A DNA stretch of 47,596 nucleotides from a virus (Duplodnaviria; Caudoviricetes). Below are positions 9,037 to 19,000 of this stretch, one piece after another. The translations under genes were made by a program, and so were the position numbers. Position 1 is the stretch's first letter. Each line of letters begins with the position of its first letter. The notes below the pieces were generated by a model. That model was not told the DNA's origin. It was given only the letters and a program-made list of their open reading frames with translations, and did no database searches. The DNA is taken from IMG/VR virus record IMGVR_UViG_3300020044_010107, positions 1 through 47,596 of that record. One strand, written 5' to 3'.

Positions 9037-9973
9037 TTAAAATAAAACATTTGATTTGGAATAACCATCTTCCCGGTAAAGGGGGATGATGGGCTTTTGA
9101 GTTGCTGGATTTTTGATCTTCACCAAAATCGTATTGAATTGCGACCAAAAAACCGATGGGGTGAAATTATCGTGAAGCCATGCTTCTTTTGGGCTCTTCA
9201 CCAAGGTTTCAGTTTTATCCAAAAAGACTTTCCACAAATCGGTCGGGGTCTTTGGAATGAAGTCTTCGTCCTTTTCTTTGGCCCGTTCCAGTAGAGCTTT
9301 ATGAATCGAAGCTAGGGCCACAAAGTCTTTTCTCTGTGCAACTGGTGTTTCTCCACCGCTTACTCGTTTGAAGGCTTCGGTGTACATTTTGTACATTTCA
9401 TCAACTGGTGCTGCATTAGGATTAAAACCTTTCTTTTTTTGCGCAACTTTTTTCTTTGGATTTTGAGTTGTTTTTGAATGATAAATCTGCTGTTCTAAAT
9501 CTTCAATTTCATCAACTTCCAGCAAAGGCTCTGAAACGATAGTTTCAGAAGATAATACTTCATACTGAATAATACTTAAATCTTCTAATACTTCAAGGGG
9601 TGTCACTGGTGAAGACGGGGGGGTGTCATCCATGACAACGGGGGGGGGGGGCACCAGTGACAAGGGGGGGTGTCAATTCTGACATGTCATCGCCTTTTAC
9701 AAATACCGCGATCAATCCAGTTTTTATTTTATAAACCGAACTCGTTTGGCTTTTATCCTCCCTAAATCTAAATTCACAGGAAAGCAACCCCTGCTCAATA
9801 AGTTCTTTTTTTACCCGGTTTACTTTGCTTTCTGAAAACCCGGTTGAAGCCGCTAAAGACTTGTTTGATGGGAAACAAAAACGATTTGCATTCATGTATG
9901 CAGCAATTCTACACAGTAGATAAAGCCCATCTGGACTTGTTTTGTCGAGTATGCGAGTATCTAGGTTTATCAT
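9037..9973 (-). CDS. Replication initiator (N-terminal HTH), frameshifted at a C12 tract
   Basis: CFPSNKSLAASTGFSESKVNRVKKELIEQGLL HTH typical of phage replication proteins. The span is 937 nt (3n+1); removing one C at 9640-9651 joins ORFs 9626..10009 and 9037..9663. Confidence 0.8.
9596..9684. repeat. Iteron-like array, probable replication origin inside the initiator gene
   Basis: Four GTCA-N4-TGAC-type palindromes, each followed by a C-run (minus strand: GTCAgaatTGAC, GTCActggTGCC, GTCAtggaTGAC, TTCAccagTGAC), about 21-26 bp apart. Confidence 0.7.
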
Positions 9974-10299
9974 TGGGCTGGGGTTTTGATGGTTCCACAA
10001 TTGACACAAACTTCACGCCCTGTCGGCACTCCATTATCATCCATGTTTCTTTCGGGAATAAATTCACATGGGTATATTCCGCATTGAGGTAAATACAGCG
10101 AATCAAGGCAAGAAATACAGGATTTGTAGGTCAGAAACTCAACCCCAACTTGTTTTTCATAAGAACCCGTATATGGATCAAACACATCAAAACGAGGGAC
10201 ACGGTGCTGCTGGATTTCGTATTTTTGCCCTTTTTTAATTTCTTTGGAACAAGTGTCGCAGGTGTGCGATTTTCGTGCAGTTACGGTTTTTTGTATCAT
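9970..10299 (-). CDS. Cys-rich hypothetical phage protein
   Basis: TARKSHTCDTC...CISC...CVNC. Confidence 0.7.
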   Translation of the reverse strand: MIQKTVTARKSHTCDTCSKEIKKGQKYEIQQHRVPRFDVFDPYTGSYEKQVGVEFLTYKSCISCLDSLYLPQCGIYPCEFIPERNMDDNGVPTGREVCVNCGTIKTPAQ

Positions 10300-10436
10300 C
10301 GCGCAAGGTTTACAATGTTGATAAAAAAGAAAATGCTCAGCTACATGTGGAAGCGCCGAGCATTTCTTAACAAATCATAATCTTCATGAAAAAACCTTGC
10401 AATACGGTCAGGCTTCCAATCTGGGCGTATTGCTTA
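10300..10436 (-). ncRNA. Structured 5' leader / attenuator candidate for the replication operon
   Basis: Two hairpins, each followed by a U-run, with complementary loops; promoter TATATTTG immediately upstream. Confidence 0.55.
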
Positions 10437-10438
10437 TG

Positions 10439-10446
10439 CAAATATA
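10439..10446 (-). promoter_or_regulatory. Bacteroidota -7 promoter element TATATTTG
   Basis: TAnnTTTG consensus in AT-rich intergenic DNA. Confidence 0.65.
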
Positions 10447-10486
10447 TACACATTATTCATTAAAACGAATAAAATGCATAATTATT

Positions 10487-10756
10487 TTATAAAAAAACAA
10501 GCTCCAGTCTGTCCAAATTTTTAAGATGCTGGTTTACAATCTTTTGCCCTGCTGGAATGTCAATGTTTTGAGACGAAAGCTTGCGCCGGAATAACCCAAC
10601 GCAAGCCTTGAATCCTAAAATCATCTCGTTTGTGATAGGTGCATCAAGGTCGTCGTTTGATTTTATCGCCTGACTCATTTTGAATTTAAGGGTCTTAAAC
10701 TCCGGTTGCTCCAGGTACACCAGGATCAGTCTGCTGTCTTTTGGCGATATAATCAT
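10487..10756 (-). CDS. Hypothetical protein
   Basis: 89 aa ORF in the early operon. Confidence 0.55.
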   Translation of the reverse strand: MIISPKDSRLILVYLEQPEFKTLKFKMSQAIKSNDDLDAPITNEMILGFKACVGLFRRKLSSQNIDIPAGQKIVNQHLKNLDRLELVFL

Positions 10757-10946
10757 TGGCTAATCGTTTTTTGAATCGACCAAGTTCGGCCAATTCTGTG
10801 GTCATGTTTGATCTTTGCCGGAGTGGCAACTCATTAAAATTCTCCGACTCAACCAGTAATAAAATTACATCCAGTATAACATCTTCTGTTTGTTCTGGAG
10901 TAGAGCGTTTCAGCTCTGTTTCAAGATTGTGGTTCACATTCCCCAT
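10695..10946 (-). CDS. Hypothetical protein
   Basis: 83 aa ORF in the early operon. Confidence 0.55.
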   Translation of the reverse strand: MGNVNHNLETELKRSTPEQTEDVILDVILLLVESENFNELPLRQRSNMTTELAELGRFKKRLANDYIAKRQQTDPGVPGATGV

Positions 10947-11015
10947 TACAGTGTCAGTGTTAGTAGGTTATTGGAAATAGCAAAAAGCCAGGGGGGTGAA
11001 TAGGAAGAATTTGTT

Positions 11016-11279
11016 TTATGCCTTTTTATTGTTTTGGATGAATTCGGCAAGCTCCAGGTCATTGAAGTATCCCTCGTCTATGGCTTGCTTAAAAAATCGA
11101 AGGCTTAAACGGACGGCTGCGGTCATCGTAACGGGGATGTCAACCCCGGCTGTGATCTCCTGAACATCCCTGATTAAAGAAAAGTCGGAGACTGCCACCG
11201 TCATATTTGTATGAGTATCAGCCATTTTTCTAGGCTGCCCGGATTTCTTTCTAAGTTTTTTTTCTAAAACAGTTGTCAT
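11016..11279 (-). CDS. Small regulator in the Cro position (possibly ribbon-helix-helix)
   Basis: Divergent from the repressor; a beta-like segment TNMTVAV followed by two helices. Confidence 0.45.
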   Translation of the reverse strand: MTTVLEKKLRKKSGQPRKMADTHTNMTVAVSDFSLIRDVQEITAGVDIPVTMTAAVRLSLRFFKQAIDEGYFNDLELAEFIQNNKKA

Positions 11280-11312
11280 TTAAGAAAATTTTAATTATGT
11301 TGAACGCAATGA

Positions 11313-11343
11313 AATATGCGTTTCATGTAAAAAAACGCATATT
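11313..11343. promoter_or_regulatory. Operator in the lysis-lysogeny switch
   Basis: Perfect inverted repeat AATATGCGTTT-N9-AAACGCATATT between divergent regulators. Confidence 0.7.
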
Positions 11344-11381
11344 GCAACTTAAAAACAAGTTTTTCACCAAAAATATTTTAG

Positions 11382-11711
11382 ATGCACGCTGGAATGCGAC
11401 TTTTGGCAGCAATGGAGTACTTAAAATTGACTCAAGTTGAACTAGCCGAATTAATCAATTCTACCCAGGCTAGTGTGTCCAGAAAAACTCAAAAGGAGGC
11501 ATTTAGTAGGTCGGAGGTGGCAAAGATGGTATCATTGGAAGCAAAAGGAATAAACATTCAATATTTCCTGCAAAATGATGAACCGATGCTTTTGAGGGAT
11601 CGGGTTTTAGAGTTGAAAGAAGCCAATAAAAAAGTAAGGGAATTGCAAGGCAGGTTGAATACGCTTGAAAGAGAATTAGAAGAATGCAGAAAGGGAGCCA
11701 AAACCAATTGA
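11382..11711 (+). CDS. XRE-family HTH repressor (CI-like) with C-terminal coiled coil
   Basis: LKLTQVELAELINSTQASVSR HTH; the only convincing plus-strand gene; no S24 autoprotease domain. Confidence 0.8.
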   Translation: MHAGMRLLAAMEYLKLTQVELAELINSTQASVSRKTQKEAFSRSEVAKMVSLEAKGINIQYFLQNDEPMLLRDRVLELKEANKKVRELQGRLNTLERELEECRKGAKTN

Positions 11712-11749
11712 CCCCCCTTCATTACAAGGATACAACAGATAACAAATTC

Positions 11750-12424
11750 TTATGCGGCCTGTGCAAAAGTCAAGGTTGCAACCGTTCCATTTTTCATGTT
11801 CAGAGTAACAATCTTCACATCTGGCAATTCTTGGACGTTGATCACAGACAGGGCGTTTGCGTCGGTCCCAAGCAGCGCATCCCAGCCAATACCCAATGCT
11901 TCAGTCAAAAACGCTACCAAGTCCCCATCAAGGCCCGAGTTATCCAGGTTCCCTTTGGCAAATTGATTGATCACTAAATCCTTGGTTTCTGGTTTTCGGA
12001 ACTCGCCATCAAGGTATTCCGAAATCTGTTCATTATTTGGCGCAATGGAATCAGTGAGCAGCGATGCTATTTCTTCCGTGGTATCCTTCAGGTATTGCAC
12101 CATTGCCCGGTTGTAGGCCTGCTTGATCTTTTCGACCGCTGGCTGAAACAGGTTGAAAACAAATGGAGTCATGAACTCATTGAGCCACTTCAATAAACCC
12201 TCCCGTACCTGCTTGGCATTGTCGGTGATTTCATCCGACATGAATTTGACAATGGCCAGCATGATGGATGCCAGGTTCACGGTCAGAATCTCTTCCGGTG
12301 AGTTGTCTGGCAGTCGTTTTGCCAATGCGTTTTTGGTCGTATTGATACCCAAGTTGGCCAATAAGGTCAACCAAAAAGGCCAAGCCTTTTCCTTTAGTTC
12401 TTGAATTTGTTTTGAGAAAATCAT
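11750..12424 (-). CDS. Hypothetical helical protein, last gene of the late operon
   Basis: 224 aa ORF directly after the protease. Confidence 0.7.
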   Translation of the reverse strand: MIFSKQIQELKEKAWPFWLTLLANLGINTTKNALAKRLPDNSPEEILTVNLASIMLAIVKFMSDEITDNAKQVREGLLKWLNEFMTPFVFNLFQPAVEKIKQAYNRAMVQYLKDTTEEIASLLTDSIAPNNEQISEYLDGEFRKPETKDLVINQFAKGNLDNSGLDGDLVAFLTEALGIGWDALLGTDANALSVINVQELPDVKIVTLNMKNGTVATLTFAQAA

Positions 12425-12448
12425 CGTTGAAAATTATTTGGTTTTGAT

Positions 12449-14296
12449 TTAATATTCGTACCACCACCGGACCGTTCCGGGTTGTACCTCCTTCAATTCT
12501 GCGCTGAAAGTTTCCGTGTCAAGTACAAGCGGCATAGTTGGGTTTGTGAACTCGCAGTATCGGGCAACCGTGTCCTCTCCAGTGATGTGGGTAACCTTGA
12601 CTTTTACGTTGTACTGAGTAAGTTCACGCTCCAGGTGCATCCTTAGAAAATGAGCCGTCCAGCTGGTGGTGGTCACATAGTCGTCTTTGTCCCGGACAAT
12701 CAACATGGAGTTTTGGAAGAACTTGGAAACGGTTTTTTGCACCAAGTCGTAAATCGCATCCCCGTAAAGGTTGGTGGTCACCTCAAATGCCAGTCCCCGG
12801 ATTTTAAGCTGCTGACTTTGGGTTTGGCCCTGAGTCTTCCATGACTGGTAAAAAACATCTCCTGGTGGAATGGCCAGATTCGCCGTCCATACTTCAGGCT
12901 TTACGGGCAAGACTGGAGTTGAGCCAAGGGTTTTGAATTTCTTCACCGTGGAGTATGCCGATTGCCCCGAACTGCATTTGATGGCCACCTGCATTTCATA
13001 ATCCGTATTGGATTGCAAGCCCTGTACCGATACATTCCCCTTTGCCGTCTCGCTGTTGGCCCAGGTTGCCGTCCCCGTTGGTCGCCATCGCCACAAATAA
13101 GCCGTTGCACTAGCACTACATGTGAATCCAGCCGTTGTGGCCGTCACGGGGCTAATTTGGATTTGACCGTCAATTGGAGCGGCGCATGATGGTGGGGGAG
13201 GAGGGGTGCCCCCGTCCAGTAGATTTACAAACCGATGCCACCCCCATCCGTTATTTTCATCCCGGCCAGTAGGTGGCAGATCGTAGGCCTTTGATCGCAT
13301 GAACTCCAAAACGGTTTCGCTTGTCCATGTCGGATTTACAGAAGCTACTACCGCGGCTATCGCACATGCGTGTGGCGTCGCCATACTTGTTCCACTCCAA
13401 GCGGCGTACTGCTGCCCGGTGATGGTGGACATGATTTGGGAACCTGGTTCAATAAAGAACGTCTCGGGTCCAAACGTCGAATAGCTGTCCCGCTCGATGG
13501 TTTGTCCAGCCTGTTTACCTGCTGCGATCCCGATGTTGTCCTTGTAGTTCCCCGGATAGTTCACCCCTCGGTTGTAACTGTTCCCAGTAGCGCAAAAAAC
13601 CAACACTCCAGCTTTACGGGCTTCAGTGAAAAGTGCATCTAGTGGAGCGTAACCACCTGATCCACCCCCAAGAGAAAAATTCCAGATACAGAAATACCCT
13701 TTGGCGATATTGGCCTTTGCGTCGGCCAGGGCTTCGCGGGCTGCATTCTCAATCCATGTGAATGACCCTGATCCACTGTTGGATAAAACCTTTCGGTAGA
13801 CAACCTTGATCATTTTGGCGTCAACTAAGCCCGCCGCTGGTGAGATAAGTCCACCTGAAGGATTTCCCGCGATGGTGCCACCTACGTGGGTGCTATGGCC
13901 GTGGCCGTCTGCTGTCGGCTCCCCGGTGTAGGACTTTGCAAAAAGCTTGGTTCCTTGTAGGTCAATGTGGTCAGGTTCTCCCGTGTCAAATACGTCAACA
14001 ATCACCAGTCGCTTGGCATTTGCTGCAATCTTGCCTCGATATTCACCACCACCTACCAAAGTTGCCCCCCAGGACACCGCCGCCAATGGTTGTGAAGTTG
14101 TACGAATCTGGAATGCCGGACTTTCGCCCGGGAAAATCCCCACATCATACCCGCCTTTTCCAAGGTTGTATTTGAATTCCTTTTTTTCCTGCCTTAGTAG
14201 CTTTTCGTACCGTTTAAGGCTGTCCTTGTTGATCTGGCTCTGGCCCGCCGTCAAACTCAGTAGCAGGGTCATCGTTATCAATAAAAGTCTCTTCAT
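12449..14296 (-). CDS. Secreted subtilisin-like (S8) serine protease with FN3 domain
   Basis: Signal peptide MKRLLLITMTLLLSLTAGQS; triad VFDTG, HGHSTHVGG, GTSMATPH; oxyanion ATGNS; Pro linker; FN3 (YLWRWR...GLQSNTDYEMQV). Confidence 0.92.
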   Translation of the reverse strand: MKRLLLITMTLLLSLTAGQSQINKDSLKRYEKLLRQEKKEFKYNLGKGGYDVGIFPGESPAFQIRTTSQPLAAVSWGATLVGGGEYRGKIAANAKRLVIVDVFDTGEPDHIDLQGTKLFAKSYTGEPTADGHGHSTHVGGTIAGNPSGGLISPAAGLVDAKMIKVVYRKVLSNSGSGSFTWIENAAREALADAKANIAKGYFCIWNFSLGGGSGGYAPLDALFTEARKAGVLVFCATGNSYNRGVNYPGNYKDNIGIAAGKQAGQTIERDSYSTFGPETFFIEPGSQIMSTITGQQYAAWSGTSMATPHACAIAAVVASVNPTWTSETVLEFMRSKAYDLPPTGRDENNGWGWHRFVNLLDGGTPPPPPSCAAPIDGQIQISPVTATTAGFTCSASATAYLWRWRPTGTATWANSETAKGNVSVQGLQSNTDYEMQVAIKCSSGQSAYSTVKKFKTLGSTPVLPVKPEVWTANLAIPPGDVFYQSWKTQGQTQSQQLKIRGLAFEVTTNLYGDAIYDLVQKTVSKFFQNSMLIVRDKDDYVTTTSWTAHFLRMHLERELTQYNVKVKVTHITGEDTVARYCEFTNPTMPLVLDTETFSAELKEVQPGTVRWWYEY

Positions 14297-14645
14297 TTTG
14301 TGTTTTGGTTTTACGAAATGGAATAATTGAAATCAGAATCCCAAGCATTTCTTTTGGGTGCAGTGAAAAGTATTTGATGTAGGCAATCACCACATCCAAG
14401 AGTAGGATGAAAAGCAGTCCAATGCAAAACCCAATGGCTCCCATGAGCTTTTCATTCATGCCTGTTTCGTGAATAACCAACGGGGTCAAATACCCAGCGG
14501 CAATTCCCGATGCCACTACAATGGCCATGGCCCGGCGTAAGGAAATGTCCCGGTATTTCATCACAATCACCGACCCTCCAGCGATCCCGGCAAAAATGGC
14601 GGGTGCTGACATTCCAATTTCGTCAAGCAGTTGTTTGTATTTCAT
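14214..14645 (-). CDS. Putative holin (3 TM)
   Basis: Three hydrophobic segments (AGIAGGSV; VVASGIAAGYLTPLV; AIGFCIGLLFILLL) and a charged tail. Confidence 0.7.
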   Translation of the reverse strand: MKYKQLLDEIGMSAPAIFAGIAGGSVIVMKYRDISLRRAMAIVVASGIAAGYLTPLVIHETGMNEKLMGAIGFCIGLLFILLLDVVIAYIKYFSLHPKEMLGILISIIPFRKTKTQNEETFIDNDDPATEFDGGPEPDQQGQP

Positions 14646-14672
14646 TACAGTGTTCGTCGGGGGACTGGCTGG

Positions 14673-15320
14673 TTAATAATATCTTAGAAGTCGTTTGTAA
14701 ACCGTCACGTCCTGCGGAGCTTTACGGTTGCCGCCGAAATAAAGGTTTATCTCTTGCGTAAGGATCCTCCATTTGTCTTTCAAGTCTGGAAACTGGAACT
14801 GGATGCACTTGATCAGTTTTCCGTCCAAAGTCCACAGTGTTTCTGTAATCGTTCCGTCGCTGTATCGTGGTACTATCCGGTATTCAAAGCCCTCTTCAAA
14901 GTCAAAGGCGTGTAGTGGTGGTGTGTAGTCTCGTTCCTTGCTGATGTGGTGGTAAAAATTGACTTCAATCTTTCGGGCTTCAATGTTGTGGCGCCATCCC
15001 AGCATGGCCGTATTCACATGCGGGTCGTAGGGGTGAAACATGAGCCCGCAGGTTTTATTCCAGTCCTGCTGATCTACCGAAACTGTGCCGTCTGTGGAAT
15101 ATAGGATGTATGCGCAATTTGGCATAAAACGTATAATCCAGCCCACAGAATCAGGGGCAATCCGTGGTTTGGCCTGGCGGGGTGTGGCGTAGTTTTCGCC
15201 CTTTTTTACGGTTTGAAAATGCGTTGGAATCGGTAATGGTTCCGGTTCGCACGATGATGCCCACAATATGACAAGTGCCCATAAAACCGCCCACGTCCAA
15301 TTCGATTTCAGGATTTTCAT
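14673..15320 (-). CDS. Putative lipoprotein, beta-rich
   Basis: Lipobox-like LWASSC after a hydrophobic stretch; NLYFGGN near the C-terminus. Confidence 0.6.
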   Translation of the reverse strand: MKILKSNWTWAVLWALVILWASSCEPEPLPIPTHFQTVKKGENYATPRQAKPRIAPDSVGWIIRFMPNCAYILYSTDGTVSVDQQDWNKTCGLMFHPYDPHVNTAMLGWRHNIEARKIEVNFYHHISKERDYTPPLHAFDFEEGFEYRIVPRYSDGTITETLWTLDGKLIKCIQFQFPDLKDKWRILTQEINLYFGGNRKAPQDVTVYKRLLRYY

Positions 15321-16045
15321 TTCACCGTTTTTGCATCGATGATGAATTTGTCCTTGCTCACTAGCTGGTGTTCAAGGTTGGGGCTTGACCACCTATCTTT
15401 CGTCCCAACCTTGAAAAGCGAAACAGATTTGGAACCGGGCAACCCGAGTAATTCAATCCATTCATCGCCGTAAATATTCAGGCCAAATGTATTTTGCCCA
15501 ACTTTTAGTGAATAGTTTCCATTTGGTCGTTTGATGATTTCGGCAGCGTTGATGGATTGTTTACCGTCGGCTCCAATGGTCACGTATTTGTAAGCGCCTA
15601 ACATTGGGTCACCATAGGTTTTTTCCACAAACTTGAAAAGCGACCCCAGTTTTGAATTTAAAAAGGTTTGGTCAAGTCGTTTCAGGCTCCGTTTAAACTG
15701 GTTTTCAAAGATCATCAGTTGTGCCGCCCTGGCTTGTTGCCTACCTGGGTCGATGATTTGGGTATTGGCGAAATAAGCGTAAAGCTGTGCGGTATCACGG
15801 CCCTTGATAAAAGCATCCGGCATTGTGGAGCAGTCGATTTTATCATTCCACCCAATTGGGGCCGGGAGGGGTTGGAATTTACGGCCATCCTTTAAGGTGA
15901 TTTCGTGACCCTCCCACCAAACAAGGGTGTCGCAGGCATTTTTTTGGATGAAATACCAACTTGAATCTGACTTTACATCCTTTTCGGAATACTGTGCAAA
16001 AGCAAAAAGTGGTGCAAAAAGCAACAAAAAGATGATGTTTTTCAT
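15317..16045 (-). CDS. Hypothetical secreted protein
   Basis: Sec signal MKNIIFLLLFAPLFAFA|Q. Confidence 0.7.
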   Translation of the reverse strand: MKNIIFLLLFAPLFAFAQYSEKDVKSDSSWYFIQKNACDTLVWWEGHEITLKDGRKFQPLPAPIGWNDKIDCSTMPDAFIKGRDTAQLYAYFANTQIIDPGRQQARAAQLMIFENQFKRSLKRLDQTFLNSKLGSLFKFVEKTYGDPMLGAYKYVTIGADGKQSINAAEIIKRPNGNYSLKVGQNTFGLNIYGDEWIELLGLPGSKSVSLFKVGTKDRWSSPNLEHQLVSKDKFIIDAKTVK

Positions 16046-16061
16046 GTTATCTGTGTTGTGA

Positions 16062-19000
16062 TTAAAAGATTTTTTCCCACTTATTTGAAGAGGCGTAGAA
16101 TTTAAACATACGCCTAGTCCCCGATACTGCAGTAGTGACTGCCGTCCCGGTTATTGTGTTCCCATTGCCATCCAAAGTAACCGCTGAAATTGCATTACCC
16201 CAAGTGATCATTAAAATTTGCCCGTCTTCTGGGCTTGCTGGAAATAGAAACGTGAAACTCGCTTGGGTTGATCCCTGATTCACATAATTATCAGAGTAGG
16301 TGTTGCTGAAAGTTTGCGGGCTTGAGGTGCTATTGATTTCATAATATGCTTCCTGCTTTGCCCTGATAAGCCCAGTCATCCTGATTTCAGAATCCACGGG
16401 CGTAGTGAGGCCAATATTTCCAGTATTAACCGAAAAATCCAAATCGCCTTCAAAAGCCTTGACCGTTGTGTTTCCAAATACTCCGTCTGACGTTGAAAAT
16501 TCCCAGTTCATGACGCCGCTCCCATCAGACGAAAACTTCGCTTTGCTGTACCCGCCCGACAAAGTATCTGTCAGTCCAAATCCAAATGACCGCTCCCCGC
16601 CTCCATTGTTGCGGAAAAACAAATACATGCTGTCAGCGCTTGAATTGAATAGCTGCGAGAATAACAAATTTCCATCATCAGGTATCCTTGCGCGGGTGGT
16701 GTGATTAGCCAGGGTTCCTGAGTTTGAATAAATGCCGTTACCATCACTTGACCCGGTTGCTGTGAGAACGCCAGCAATAACGGATAAACCAGATAAACCA
16801 ATATTTGAAATATTGCCGCTACCGTCTCTGCCCATCACAGCAGTTGGTGTTCCGGTACTTCCTGTTATTTTAGCGGTTCCTGTAATGGTCAATAAGTCGG
16901 TATTAGGATCGAAAATAAAAGTAGAATCTGCGCCTATCAGGAATTTTCCACCGTCTTTCAAACCCATCATCATGTCGGAAACGCTAGAAGATTGTCCCCA
17001 CATTGTGTGATACGTGTCGCTCGTTGCGTTCTCAGGCGAATTTGAGCCAAAAAAATGGAAACGAGGAACTGACAAATAAACCCCAGCTATATTACTTCTT
17101 AATGATCCAAATTTCAAATAACCTACATTATACCTACCGCCATACCCGTGTACAAAAACATTGTTAGTTGTATCCCAAATCATTTCGTTCACCCACTCAT
17201 ATTCCTCTCCGCTACCTTTATTTGTAGTTAAAAGGTTATAAAAAGCAGGCATTCCCCCGGAAATCAAAGCCCGTGAATCATAGTGAAGTGTCCTGCTAAA
17301 ATATTTTGTACGTGCTGTGTTAAGCCACTTTTTTTGATCAATTGCCGCTCCTCCCAAATCTGCCGTGCTTTGAGAGGTGAGATATAATCCGGAAAGACTA
17401 TCTAATTGCAGGGAATGTGCATTTGCGTTGATGTCTACGTTCGCTGCATTTAGCTCTGGCTTCAACCACATACTCGTAAGCACTCCCCCTGAAATACTCA
17501 TGTTAGCTAATGCGAGCGCCCCTAAATCCCCATCTGCATCAGCCCCGACAATGCGAGTCGGAGTGTCAGTGGTGAGGTCTGAAATACGGGCTTCCCCTTC
17601 TACGTGCAATAGGCGTTGTGGTGTCACATTTCCAATTACTACTCGCCCGTTTGCCTCTACGCTTAAGTGCTGGGTTGTACTTGCGCCACTGGTTAGAATT
17701 ATTTTCCCACTTGCCCAGTCGTTTAGAATCGATATATTGCCTGATACCGTATTAATAAATCCAAGGTCGTTGGCTGCCTGTGTTTTGTATGTTGTATAGC
17801 CTGATGAAAGTTTATACAAACTACCCCCACCTGTTGAATTACCAACCGAAATACCAGCCCAGGCCGATGTGCCTGTGTTTTGATTTGAAATGTTCACTCT
17901 GGTGCTTGCATTCTGATCCTGCCTTATATCTACCTTTTGAACTGGTGTTAAACCTACGCCTAGTTTTCCTGTTAAATATAAATCTCCATCTGATTCAAGC
18001 GTCATTTGCGCCGATCCTGCTGAACCAGTCAAAAAACTTATATTGCCACCAGTCACATCATTTAGGAATGTCATATTCCCGTTGGTCGTGTTAATAAATC
18101 CGAAATCGTTTGCGGCTTGGTTTTTGTAAGTCGTGTAGCCTGCTGATAATTTGAATACTGCCGCTACTGCTGTTGTGTTATTGATTAGTCTATAGCCAGC
18201 ATAAGCAGAACTGCCAGAAGTGGTATTTTCTACGCTGAATTGCACAGCCCCCGCAACTCCTTTTCGCAAATGAACATCTTGAGATGGCGTTGCTGTGCCT
18301 ATTCCTAACCTAAAATTCGTGTTATCCCAAAATAGGTTGTTTGTCCCGTAGGTCTTCCCCGCACTGGAAAAAACAGAAACTTGCCCGCTTGTTGCACCTG
18401 TACTAGTAATTACATTTTCAGCGACACCCGTTTTATACCGCGTTAAAAAACCCGTTGTGCTATTCTCCACAATATCCAAGTCGCTTAAAGTTGGCATTCC
18501 GACCGTTGTGTAGCTTTTAAATTGCTGCGGCAGCCCCATCACCACCCGGCTACCGTTTTCGGTTATAGCCGCATTGCCAATTACCCGCCCCGCTGTGAAT
18601 TTTACCAAACTGTTCACCGTTCCTGATCCTTGAATGTAAGGGTCAAGCATGGCGGCGGTGTCTCCAATTTCAAGGTATCCAGAAAGGTCGATGGTTGCAA
18701 AATCCACCTCTCCTGAACTATTGTCGATAAGCTGCAAGAATTGTCCATTGGTAGCGGTGCCAGCGTCAACGGCCTTTGTTTTCATAAATAGGTATTCAGT
18801 AGTGCCAAAGCCATAGGCACCCATTACAACACCATTCCCAGGGTCGCCCGAACCGCTTTCACTTGCTCCAATCGTTGCGGAATTATTTGAAACAGTCCAA
18901 CCAAGTGTGTAATATGGATTTGTAGTTTCGTTTGACATGGCCAAAAAAGCATTATCCTTTTGCACTTTGAGCCATGCGGTGCCAGAATTAGGCGCAAGGG

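Noticed and set aside
14610-14645. Dual-start holin/antiholin (Met1/Met12)
   Set aside because: The spacing differs from the classic M-K-M motif and there is no other support.
14673-15320. Outer-membrane spanin call for the lipoprotein
   Set aside because: Too long and globular, not Pro-rich, and no coiled-coil i-spanin partner is evident.
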